A stretch of 64,000 nt of DNA from a virus, in IMG/VR virus record IMGVR_UViG_3300027668_000013, positions 13,558 to 77,557 of that record, one strand, 5' to 3'. Each line of letters begins with the position of its first letter. Positions within the stretch are counted from its first letter, which is position 1. This document shows, one piece after another, positions 31,701-37,307 of this stretch. The translations under genes were made by a program, and so were the position numbers. The notes under the pieces are model-generated. The model did no database searches and was not told the DNA's origin. It was given only the letters and a program-made list of their open reading frames with translations.

Positions 31701-32755
31701 TTAAGATGGTTTCCCATTTGTTGCTTAAAGCCTTGTTTCATTCCTCCTCTAATCGTACCGTTCCCTTTAATAATACCTCTTAAAGCAATCGCATCTGTAA
31801 AAACGTTTACTTTATTATACAGCATAAAGTCTGATACTTCACTATCAGCTATCTTTACAGCTTCTGCGTAAGACACATCATTTGCAAGTGCTTTATCCAT
31901 AATTTCTTTGTGCATTTCTGCACCCATCATTACAGATTCAGCATAGTTAGTAACAGCTGCTGTTCCAAGTTGTGTTATAATTTGTTGTGGGATTTTACCC
32001 ATCTTAACTAAAGTCCCTATTAAACCTGTAGCACCTTTAACTAAACTTCCAGCACCAGCACCAATACCAGCAAAACCAACTGTAGAATCTACAAGTCCTT
32101 GCAGTCCCCGCATTGTTTGTGCCATTGCGCTATCTCCATAAATACCATTGTATTCATCGTACTTTTCTTTTCTTTCGCCAGCCCATTCAGATAACATGTT
32201 TGTATATCCTTCTTCAAATGAATTTGAAAATCCAAACCATTGTGGTACATCGGCAATATAACCAACGTTTTGAATAAACGTCATTGTACCTTTATAAACA
32301 CCTCCAGCTACAGCTCGTGTAAGTTGAGAACCAAAATTTTGAGCTTCTTCAAATGCTTTATCAGCATCGGCATTTACTTTTAGAAAAGCGTTTTGTGGAA
32401 TTTCATATTCTTCGGCTTCGGCTAATTGAGCGTCAGTAATTGCTTTAGATTGTAAAGATATATCTTCAAATTCTGAACTACTAACTCCATCTTCTTCATC
32501 AAAGTAATTAGACATTTTATCAAACCCGGAAGTATCGTCAACAGCTGGTTCTTCAACTACTTCTTCTTCAAGATTAGTATCTGCAACTACTTCATTATTA
32601 ATAACTTCCGGTTTTTCTGGACTTATTTCTGTTCCTTCCTTAACCTCTGCTCCAGATCCCACAACCGTAGGATTAACTTCAGTTTCTGGCGTTTCATTTT
32701 TATTATTTGATGCAACACCATCTTCGTATAATCTTTCATTAATCCTACTTGCCAT
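16787..32755 (-). CDS. giant virion RNA polymerase polyprotein (zincin + two-barrel RNAP + accessory domains)
   Basis: 5322 aa; GSDFDIDKMY catalytic motif (21140-21154), ADGQAFITP, YRIPNQ, AYVDNAKDP; HEGFH...EEILAEEF zincin; C-terminal PD-(D/E)xK domain. Confidence 0.9.
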   Translation of the reverse strand: MASRINERLYEDGVASNNKNETPETEVNPTVVGSGAEVKEGTEISPEKPEVINNEVVADTNLEEEVVEEPAVDDTSGFDKMSNYFDEEDGVSSSEFEDISLQSKAITDAQLAEAEEYEIPQNAFLKVNADADKAFEEAQNFGSQLTRAVAGGVYKGTMTFIQNVGYIADVPQWFGFSNSFEEGYTNMLSEWAGERKEKYDEYNGIYGDSAMAQTMRGLQGLVDSTVGFAGIGAGAGSLVKGATGLIGTLVKMGKIPQQIITQLGTAAVTNYAESVMMGAEMHKEIMDKALANDVSYAEAVKIADSEVSDFMLYNKVNVFTDAIALRGIIKGNGTIRGGMKQGFKQQMGNHLKDGLGESFEEMSAGFFQKDNTRDALIQLGLEQKDKSSYLGRATDYATSEEGLTEGFMGFIGGPFQHYTVKAFSASITKAREAAGLIDPVTKPKEFTEERPKRGDIVKEQSVPEGPAPLDPVEKYMAANKGVSKEDASKVVTAKEWDDYREKKKVYDESGVSEDQYNESVKEFDAEMKGYQERKNKHTLEKQEYVNYIENRRLGTNLKAKEDLDKFFKEEGNLMMAYKDAVLDEDGTAMEDIENQRFEGLFARYANRGMIEGLENHLKEVEAGGEGYTAEDQTKATALLSKLEGYSSDYMSLYNKHGTAKANDLFKLKSRIDGLKQTMTAIDKDLDVSRNSIIKEVKSVSGKDVSPLQLELMATKAEMVALNQMRSKLNKNPELKIGLAEQLIAKEAEIEKKIGKLEEEVKVKKGDGSESFGKYISDNEIESLDSYKKFVETAGKKMSAWVGYQGLSKTFEFENSAKSKKLLRKKYHEYLTNEIETKTFNEKDVYTNLAMIGKVELSKKQRQDLIDKLNVANKEITDEMNDVKDQVMRSEKRINAIKRMKIAIDAKSSKAWDDWKEKNEYDFKEQRDKVSTTGRAYSKAKQELNAFEQEKQIGKYGYMRKNKEGLTLQEKQKINIKYSPTEYKRLKEAESSLRKEHSLERAEMKKAISERAVAKTVYKQKKEQVAAQREKMSARYDIAINELKAIEIHETADGFKYRVDKYLETLVDGNIDSEFEEENTTEVIEGEGGGDGALVVGKGEDGPIKGQPTETNTGANKVPTEVPEENKLSITETVAEVNENGLKQAVTNKADALQAEIDALAKAAGVNLEAETGPKEVPDGISVVDLTGVTDNSQPGNPNPEGTTQTTSETLKAVTEVITENLDPSGKLASEVAAAATAQEIAADKANKDVVVTDVTNPEINPPISNSHNSKQKGMNEKYGWSLAYVSSSDGVGDLDDSGISDWLESEITDKRGTSFRFEVDKADGKAKWATKGEGEAAKAIDKFFNDPNSLTEEDMQFLPIRMVAYDRNGNKIKVLAKEVYGRFKLPFDLNVEGQYESVTAARKDIIKALLNGETYETKIESVSTGILKSDTKTGLRNDPSEFFDKPKANGEGKLLVSDGVGLVYDTKENIEDEELENSGRASVGGLAGFVFMKVRSLDNKPFPLKLNSRKLENKEIQAIMEVLVAYAEGADSAALFNGKSNISGLRNKDIMDLLIYTGQASLNTEYPFWINLSDKPSPSITFGKNKKKVELSELQESSVQLEIAESLAVMWRTTNAKFLNQKLNQTDVGNTTFTWFGDEIPSDTNYNDFQFSQKALSTNATFPSNRLFVNPTVIMSEPKNWKKIGGKKETSNWGFLTGTGKEEITKEDIHEFYDYDDTLAGIKAISDPSIKSEPVLSENFYNKTWLGLDALRIKANNYTTYNALTVFLKEQVFPNNEEAKQLVEEIRSTLKKRGDESIISTLQEIATNYGTKDMPAKRVEAGKRLIEILLKNGEDSFFKKTTGFKKSETKRTSFETDAQKKIREKEEEISKSNDEVKPSDLKENADNELTDISKLTELSNHFKEFLPKNNTITITQGGRENTFNVKSRNKSKSFYTAKEAIEYLTELYPKVRKEIEDAGDKIGEEEVLPVAYIPTKVKPLTDAQYLNKVVDSFGKTFDIGVRKGAKSVWYVEINGKQTTFKGKDAVKDAINFVIASREFYKIRGKLPSRDTSTKSETVPDITDPNSNEVFYIRNPNAPKAEQKKSRYFIKGSQILNHKGVEVFAFKEGTKNTVRNKIFANYQIKKGDAVVVEDSYVDKNGKENKFKYVVNRKGVVMSMSQTDSGAILKVFGRTKNILEESVKAFAQKDAAAQKEQTAAEIAKEADVDTTTPGPNEFKDKGAPKKKAVYQNKNNTSGKKEGNPLNVTQKEANGRVEGNPENQTDKFPTNIPDIKIATSLEGKGKVASETDNQNANGLAKPNPGTKKVRNRREVETLTTKQKEIVANGEVANNKNKGTDTQKAEQLVRHMISGKIITDFTPQEQTLINTVPIERKKEIEKEIKDDPTYSIYSKRKTEADITKELENLALILPHVPVEVAKTLIAGAYGGVAEGQFYQGVVTIANGANEGIAYHEGFHAVMDGYLTLRERNNLLKKVQKKYAVNAAQAEEILAEEFREYMLSKRTMKVPNSVKWIYDLLMDLVDAFRTNKGKIFSQIRRGRFDYIPPFAHSKRIINSRLKGGIKQDLIHEAVDHITYQAIQMAGIRSMDLSVQEGFEDLDDIFEIIRKDIVNEINMAYDEADVTDDWVTFDQLELLHSADKKLDNWKDLVELSKDSLKSFALLDSESITDETPMGETQEDDVSGDLNIRQALTYSGKDNATHNTRFMVKMLADPNTTSKNFGGKFKKLAPFEVSWRMLEDSLANIVEDSNGDQVDKMLNKIKSLAVTHPEFNELISQLEAPDDVVPLFKKVQFYRAFSKQKITYNHTGVIVEGEEYNYKIGNADQQSHAKLLRNQFSENFRYKFIENGDFKPDTATEVRARKKLSEVVETFRSIAIELNDDLKGFNKRNEGKFDFSYYITISDALDTLGIEVSPESLQSYVMGSQLTEQVVPGVYEKVTNASEASKFRNSFLKKMIFPFLEPGTTQVKDANGKIIKSGSSYARNNKSLTLEKMISKDYDFDTDENSDFITENSIFQTFASIEGYRKKDTLENMVLGPENNLYWTKSLNNFISKNVNQWKQDHTSLSKLLNSGKYHQSSKWIKFLLGDEYDFNSLEPQELSSQSKQRLEEFAVQVYLSNRVENDSSDPGTAFKNMTTVDMQLDSMNKVLNGVRNKNGSVFSPLTLADKSSHFMFTGLPMDQYRVAQNGQLINVDKNGNADHKAVEDMFQYFTAEVDRYSNARNKKNKTGNEYFDNEGSKKFFWFPELSFGTTLAKEIGLFDSKGVVNISDEKVVIKVKNHIKETIELQHEKAVQTLKDNNIIKENPEGGLTIIGIDSTVLNHYQNENATETDAVNNMVLDYMVNSMTANIEFTMLFTGDPAFYKDISKRTPATSGQGSDLIFTKDEFGKYNTPKDYKILVIKDADTETSEQYDDYLNHLMNQKIVRNGKDVNAYTKEEAIAILKPYRKNELNKADGQAFITPERFKSLMIGLGNWPTNYDEAFERLMDKDGDPDPRDLLAMQPLKGMHFELRNENGSAVPTYLKYSQAVLWPSLVKGTSHEGLLKKMRNPNNPIDEVIYESGAKSGAGTVYNKEDVISGKVDYKTTTLSNYHWKLQQDLPTKYEKKGEALVGSQPRKNIFQNMFERNANGEYVREYVLNGKKLTPDQMAQKINAVESVLSHLGRQKFDQKYDVVNGRITNQEAIYEHLIEKFKRDNVDMNVIEQLETRVPLSLIFQHVDKIEQEIFAELKKATIKLTSTGGSFVQIAGEGFEKTAAYSKIDKFTKNNIRHLEGYDPKSTNKLKGPRIREDGSLSAQVYLPFKDVENIPGWENMSDKDLKDALGDTIKNIVGYRIPNQKISGMDSLEIVGILPPSAGDSVVVYDEITGKTGSDFDIDKMYVMMYNTVFNPKSGILERVNNKNSKLAVNPKTKKKYGARKRAEMALENERLEMWASVLESKGTFTDAILPVDTTWLKNEAYYLHLLNYISEDNTSKKDGLEDVLTETLGIRKNTEEFVNWFKNTKYATDDNVDLNLFLDEKGDALSPTEIFNNYMALPTGLRDEAAAKFFKQRPGSSLEFASPFTQNEIRERNLGGKAGVGITANHLTHHNLLQAVKMAEIYSTDGRSISETLSAYMNAYVDNAKDPFISLINNNLNTANTVFYMLRQGMSASTANRLLSLPEIRNYVKNIDSQNSKLIKKEKKDHIKILGLTKNGSLKTTSATNSVINPWSKTFEKFSHLNMKESELEKLTSKGPNEFTEAEIEEMIVSGESDPGLILFFMEQEQLGRKFNKMVTASKYDTTGPGSGIAEHIATKQLEQEVLDGEFAEEYKAIINETFVGAMKETAFDDVQTLMSNLFSTAKKPMIDLVIKTNQEIGLNSTYQNYDGTDVEFNRKVLKAYQTYSFSNALNLSPENTKAMFFGDRSMAKRLLKLRNTELYSSNSFLNSLGTLVNPGKGPDFVTFASSKKKEGREKDPLWLEWEELYDNEETKAFATDLIKYAYASSGFQKNINSFYDLIPNTILQRSMEDGVLPFNSIMENTFAEGVNFDTFFDQFIGHNVDILPTHTINDKKLKGIADKTGALNKYKGGFSVDSKYIPYSFYSDHGEGKLRKFIVLTPKKKFVDEDVDTGYKHETSKLLYKRMGEKGGKQYYKRVPTLGMSQKGNHITEYAYDTEVESSIVSPFESTLSPDYENSIGNQSSGVGYITNDDSPSFRNGNEPILEEVTEETETEETEEENVEQYYEGNITPEPNTIFVFGSNPEGRHGKGAAKIAKDQFGATSGQGEGLQGNAYALPTKDLRIKENRGFKSISKGDITTSIIKLYEAAKQNPNKQFKVAYRNTTEMSLNGYTGLEMIEMFNDAEGLIDRPSNIVFSKEWVDTGMLKMNKTTEQTPAETTISKLDGLQEVSKQSSLATVESDIGEESVYKLGDQVLERQSNYVTRKLGVEYNGIKYSVDFKNGKITNLKTGAVLKGGITSPIGKAVVDKAIKQSEAKPAMKAGASVGNFVDNVGRDIFDGGKVKTLAEYVKEADTQNKENGFKLNNVTQKEFDLLVDHLTSIKSSFPDMKFISKELFLNANFTAEQIKAQGKDGIGGTLDLLGVDSDGKLHIIDFKNKIFNSDKQQFWDSNLYNDGMFESKLTGWSRQLSIYKEMLEQKGFEVATTSILLVPTEYSYDTEGNIEFGKFHSPNSVGKPIPEEHQSILSSELIEVPQDKEMVEQFRKDTVADVVENKASVPKVEDLPKPPSIEEIKNEDESVVKVFRVNEVSGFRVEVRREIVEGSVVYQAYIVDDVLIENVDKDAAADLKEGKSMLPKGASTQEEAVALAKAKISRFDIQGLLLSLNNSCK

Positions 32756-32816
32756 TGAAAAATATTTTAGTACAAGTGCTAATATAACTAAAATAATAAT
32801 CAGATACTATTTTCAA

Positions 32817-35800
32817 TTAAGTTGTTCCTACTGTAATATCTTTTTGATAGTAATTGCTTTTTTTATTTTTATCTTCTACTTTTGCTTTATCCATTAATGC
32901 TTGTAATTCTTTAGTGTCTGTGGCAGTCATATTAGATACCCTTCTCTTAGAAATTATTTCATGGGTATCTGAATTAAATTCCATAATACTAACAGAGTCT
33001 TTTTGATTACCACCAAGAAGTCTTAACGTTCCGTCTTGGTTAGCACCAGCGTTAAAAGCAACATGATAACCTGAAGATCCCTTTGAACCTTTTCTTCTAA
33101 TTACTATAATATCACCCGGTTTATCATCGTCTTTAGCAACAGCCGATCCAAGTTTTTGATAATCTCTGGCTCTTATGTTTTTGTAAGGATTATTAATGTT
33201 TCCTTTTACTTTTAATCGTTTACCTTCATCATCTGTTAATTTCTGTACTGGGTCATAACCACCATGTAATAACACATGGTTAACAAAAGCAGCACACCAA
33301 GCAGTACTTGTAACAGAGTCTTTCTTTGCAAAATGAGAGTCTGTTCCACCTATAGCTTCAGTAAAGAATCCGTGGATAGTCTCTTGTTGATCTATGTCAT
33401 TTTCATTGTAACTAAGAAAAGAAGAAGCGTATTCTATCACGTTTTCTTTTGTTGGCTTCTTTCCGTCTGGAAAAGGGTAAAGCATTCGCTCTAATCCTTT
33501 TTCAACCAATTCTACTTTTTTATCTGCAGCACCTTCTGGATTAGCTAAATCTTTTTTAATTATTTCTTTTTTAGCAACAGGAGAAACTGTTTTTAAATTT
33601 ACAATTTTTAATGAATCATCTGTGTTTAATGGGGTAGGAATATTTAATTTAGTAAGTTCCTCATCAAAATTATTTACTTTTAAATCCTCTCTATCTAAAT
33701 TAAATGATTGCGGTTTATCTAAATTTTCAGAATCTTTTTCGTCGAAATCAAAATTTACCATTTCTTCAACTTCTTCATCAGATATGTTTGTTGGATTTTC
33801 ATTAACATCAAAATTAGGATTAACTTCTCCTTGATCATCAACATATCTTCTACTTGTATTATTAAATTGACTTGGGTTAAATGCTTCAGCGTTGTCAAAA
33901 GGAATAGTTGTCTCATTGTCTTGAACTTCCGCTTGAGCTATTTCATCTTGAGACATTGCTTGTTTTTCAATATCTGTAAATCTATACGGTTCAAATTCTT
34001 CTTCTTCTGGTTCAGATGTTAATGATGAATCAGAATAATCAGAATACTCTCTCATTTCCGCTTCCATAATAGAATCGAGTTCTTCAGGTCTCATTTTTAA
34101 ATTTGGTTGAACACCATCTGGATAAGAATACATTCTACCTTCTGAATAACTCATACCATTTCTACCTTCTGAATATCTTCTACCGTGTCTAAAAGAACCT
34201 AATTCAACTTTCTTCTTTTCAATTTCTTTATAGTCTTTAGGTTTTTTATTAGGGTTTATTTCATATATTTTTTCTCTTACCAACTGTCTCGATATTTCAC
34301 GAGCATTCATATCTTTAAATCTTGGATAAGCATCTTGAAAGTTTTTTAATCTTTTAGGATTTGATTCTAAAGTAGAACTGTTTTTATAAACTTTTAAAAA
34401 TTGAATAGCATCTGGGCCTGTTAGATTTAATTCCTTATTTGTCATTCCATTTCCAAGGTCTATGAAAATACCAACTGAGGTTGGATCTAATGAAATTTTA
34501 TAAGCCCCCCCATCAGAAAAATTGAAATTAAAATCCTTTTTAAACGGTTTACCTGCACCAGGCTCTTTAGTTTGTATACTAACTCCATCTCTATGATTTC
34601 CAACAGGAGTTCTACTTAAAGAATTTATTCTTGCATTATGTAAATCAGATCTAATTTCACTTTCTACCAATTCTCTTTTTGGAACACTATAACCTTTAAG
34701 TTCAAGTTTGTATCCACCAGCTGGTTTAGGTTGATTAATAGTAAAAGGAATTTTAAAATTCTTACCATTTAATGTAAATGTAATATTTTTTTGTCCTGTA
34801 ATAGGGTCTATATCATCACTAAAGAAACCATCTGATATTGATTTTGTTAAAACACTAATGTAATCTTTAGGTTCTACAGCATTTGAACCACCTGTTTTAA
34901 AAGTACTTCTTGGTGTTTCTTTAGTATTGTTATCTAAAGCTGTAAAAAATGAACCGTCAAGAATTGTACTAATAGGTAAATTCTTTATAATATCTTTCAT
35001 AAAAAACTGCCTATCTTCTACTCCAGCTATATCTGATTTTAAATTTATAACATTCGATTGATTTAACTCTATTGATACTCCTTTTTCTCTTTTTGCATTT
35101 AATGATTTATTAAAAATATCGTCAGATCGAGTAAGTTGATCTTTCATTTCTTGATGATTATTTTTTACTTTTCTATATTCTTTTTTTTCTTTTGCCATGG
35201 TTGCAGAAAATCTTTTAAGTTTTTCCCAACCTGCTTCTGGATCTCCGTTTCCTATGTTTGTTAAAAATTTTGAGTTTGATGCTACTCCTAATATCTTCTC
35301 TTTGTATGATGACATATTCTTTTCAAAGTCATCACTACCTGGTTTTTCATCGTCGTCTGCGTCTGCATCGGCTCCTTGAAAATACCTACTTTCCATTGAA
35401 GAAAGTAATTTAGAAATACCATTAATATTTATACCAGATTTGTTAGCTCCAGTAGACCTATGAGCATTTGTTGTTCCAGATACTGTACGAGTATAATTAT
35501 CTCTAATATAATCTACTCCCTCTTTGTAATTAGATCTTACTGTAGCAAGTTTATCTGCTGTGTATGGAAGATTTGTTTCTGGATCAATATCAAATTTTGT
35601 TTTAAGACCTTTAATTAAAAAACCATCTACTTTACTTACAATAGCAGTTGACATTTTATCTTGTTGTAATTTTAATTCTTTAACTCCATTAGGACGTGCT
35701 AAAAGACCTTTTTCGTAAACTTCTCTTTCATTTTCTTTAATTCTTAGCTCATTTAAATAAGTTATTTTATCTCTTTGTTTTGCAAGTTTTATAAATTCAT

Positions 35801-37280
35801 CTGCATCTTTTTTACTGTAAAAGAGCTTATCTGTTTTAACGTCATCATCATTAAGAACAGTCATGTTATTTACAAGATCGTCATCTCCTTCGGCTATTCT
35901 TTTAAAAAGAACATTGTAACCAACTTCACTAATTTCAGAAGTTACCCCATCTTGTGAAACATTCACTAACTTTTTAAGTTCTGAATCACTATTAAATATT
36001 TTTAATAATCTACCATTAAAATCATCTTTAATTTTATTATTTGATTCAACACTTGATAAGTCTTGATTTTTAAAGTTGTTTTTAAAAGTATTGTAAATCT
36101 GACCTTGATCGGTATAGTTAAGTAGATAATTTTTATTTCCTTTTGTTATTTTCTTTTTTAGAGTTTTTAAAAGTTCATCCTCATCTACTTTTTCATTATT
36201 TTCTTTAAATTGATTATTGTAGTTATTAGCAGTTGAATTTGATACAACAATCCCTTGCTTTTCTAAAGCTTCCTTTTGAGCTTTTTTATTAGCAATTTCA
36301 TCTTTAAGTTTATTATCTGCAGTAAGTGTATATTCACTTTCTTCTTGCATATAAGCATAAGCATCTATGAATCCAAACTTTTCAGCAAACTTCATTTGTT
36401 GATATTCAGTTCTACTAAGATCTCTTGTTTCAACCCCTATTGTACCGTCAGCATTTTTAACAGGAACTTTTCTGTTTTTATGCATACCAACCATCCTTTC
36501 GGCATCAATCATATCTTTGAAATCAGGAAGGTCGTAAATACCTGAAGCAACTTCTCTAATACGAGCTAAATCTACTCCTTTTTGAACTGTACCTTTAGTA
36601 ACAAGTTTTCCTAAGTCTTCATCGCGATAAGTTGTAGATGCACCAACATTAGCAAATTTTGTAACAGTTTTTCCATTTGCATCTTTAGTTGTATATCTTT
36701 GAATTTTATCTCCTTTATTTGCTTTTAGTTTATCAACCCAACCAACTAAAGTATCGGCTAATTTACTTTCATCATAAAGAATTGGCTCGTCTATTCTACC
36801 TCCTCCACGAACTCCTCCTGAACTATTATAACGAGTTCTTAAATAATTAGATTGTGCTTTTTTCATTCTACCAGAAAGTTCAGAATCTTTTATTTGTTCT
36901 AATTTTTCAGTCATTTCAGCTAAACGAGAAACTGCTTGAGCTCCTTCTCCAGTAGTAATAAAGTTTCTATATTGAGAAGCTACTCCTTTAACAGAACCAC
37001 TTAACTTACGCCAATCTCCATTAACAGCCTTTAAAGCGTCACCAATAGTATTTTGGTACTTATTAACTTCTTCCTTCATTAAAGGTTTATCAGCATCTAA
37101 TACTTTTTCACCCATTTTAGAACTAATAACAGCCCAGTTATCTTCAATCGTATCAAACTCCTTTTGTTCGTTTTCTGCTTTTTTTTGCATTACTTCAAAA
37201 GGCATAGGGACGTATTGACTAACATATGTTTGACTATATTGGTCTTGAACTGGTCCCATGTTTTCGTTAACATCACTCAT
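32817..37280 (-). CDS. virion cargo protein with C-terminal NlpC/P60 (TIGR02594-like) peptidoglycan hydrolase
   Basis: N-terminal YVSQYVPMPF; C-terminal TAWCAAFVNHVL...PGDIIVI...GYHVAF...LGGNQ. Confidence 0.75.
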   Translation of the reverse strand: MSDVNENMGPVQDQYSQTYVSQYVPMPFEVMQKKAENEQKEFDTIEDNWAVISSKMGEKVLDADKPLMKEEVNKYQNTIGDALKAVNGDWRKLSGSVKGVASQYRNFITTGEGAQAVSRLAEMTEKLEQIKDSELSGRMKKAQSNYLRTRYNSSGGVRGGGRIDEPILYDESKLADTLVGWVDKLKANKGDKIQRYTTKDANGKTVTKFANVGASTTYRDEDLGKLVTKGTVQKGVDLARIREVASGIYDLPDFKDMIDAERMVGMHKNRKVPVKNADGTIGVETRDLSRTEYQQMKFAEKFGFIDAYAYMQEESEYTLTADNKLKDEIANKKAQKEALEKQGIVVSNSTANNYNNQFKENNEKVDEDELLKTLKKKITKGNKNYLLNYTDQGQIYNTFKNNFKNQDLSSVESNNKIKDDFNGRLLKIFNSDSELKKLVNVSQDGVTSEISEVGYNVLFKRIAEGDDDLVNNMTVLNDDDVKTDKLFYSKKDADEFIKLAKQRDKITYLNELRIKENEREVYEKGLLARPNGVKELKLQQDKMSTAIVSKVDGFLIKGLKTKFDIDPETNLPYTADKLATVRSNYKEGVDYIRDNYTRTVSGTTNAHRSTGANKSGININGISKLLSSMESRYFQGADADADDDEKPGSDDFEKNMSSYKEKILGVASNSKFLTNIGNGDPEAGWEKLKRFSATMAKEKKEYRKVKNNHQEMKDQLTRSDDIFNKSLNAKREKGVSIELNQSNVINLKSDIAGVEDRQFFMKDIIKNLPISTILDGSFFTALDNNTKETPRSTFKTGGSNAVEPKDYISVLTKSISDGFFSDDIDPITGQKNITFTLNGKNFKIPFTINQPKPAGGYKLELKGYSVPKRELVESEIRSDLHNARINSLSRTPVGNHRDGVSIQTKEPGAGKPFKKDFNFNFSDGGAYKISLDPTSVGIFIDLGNGMTNKELNLTGPDAIQFLKVYKNSSTLESNPKRLKNFQDAYPRFKDMNAREISRQLVREKIYEINPNKKPKDYKEIEKKKVELGSFRHGRRYSEGRNGMSYSEGRMYSYPDGVQPNLKMRPEELDSIMEAEMREYSDYSDSSLTSEPEEEEFEPYRFTDIEKQAMSQDEIAQAEVQDNETTIPFDNAEAFNPSQFNNTSRRYVDDQGEVNPNFDVNENPTNISDEEVEEMVNFDFDEKDSENLDKPQSFNLDREDLKVNNFDEELTKLNIPTPLNTDDSLKIVNLKTVSPVAKKEIIKKDLANPEGAADKKVELVEKGLERMLYPFPDGKKPTKENVIEYASSFLSYNENDIDQQETIHGFFTEAIGGTDSHFAKKDSVTSTAWCAAFVNHVLLHGGYDPVQKLTDDEGKRLKVKGNINNPYKNIRARDYQKLGSAVAKDDDKPGDIIVIRRKGSKGSSGYHVAFNAGANQDGTLRLLGGNQKDSVSIMEFNSDTHEIISKRRVSNMTATDTKELQALMDKAKVEDKNKKSNYYQKDITVGTT

Positions 37281-37307
37281 AACTAAAATATATTATTAGT
37301 ATTTATT

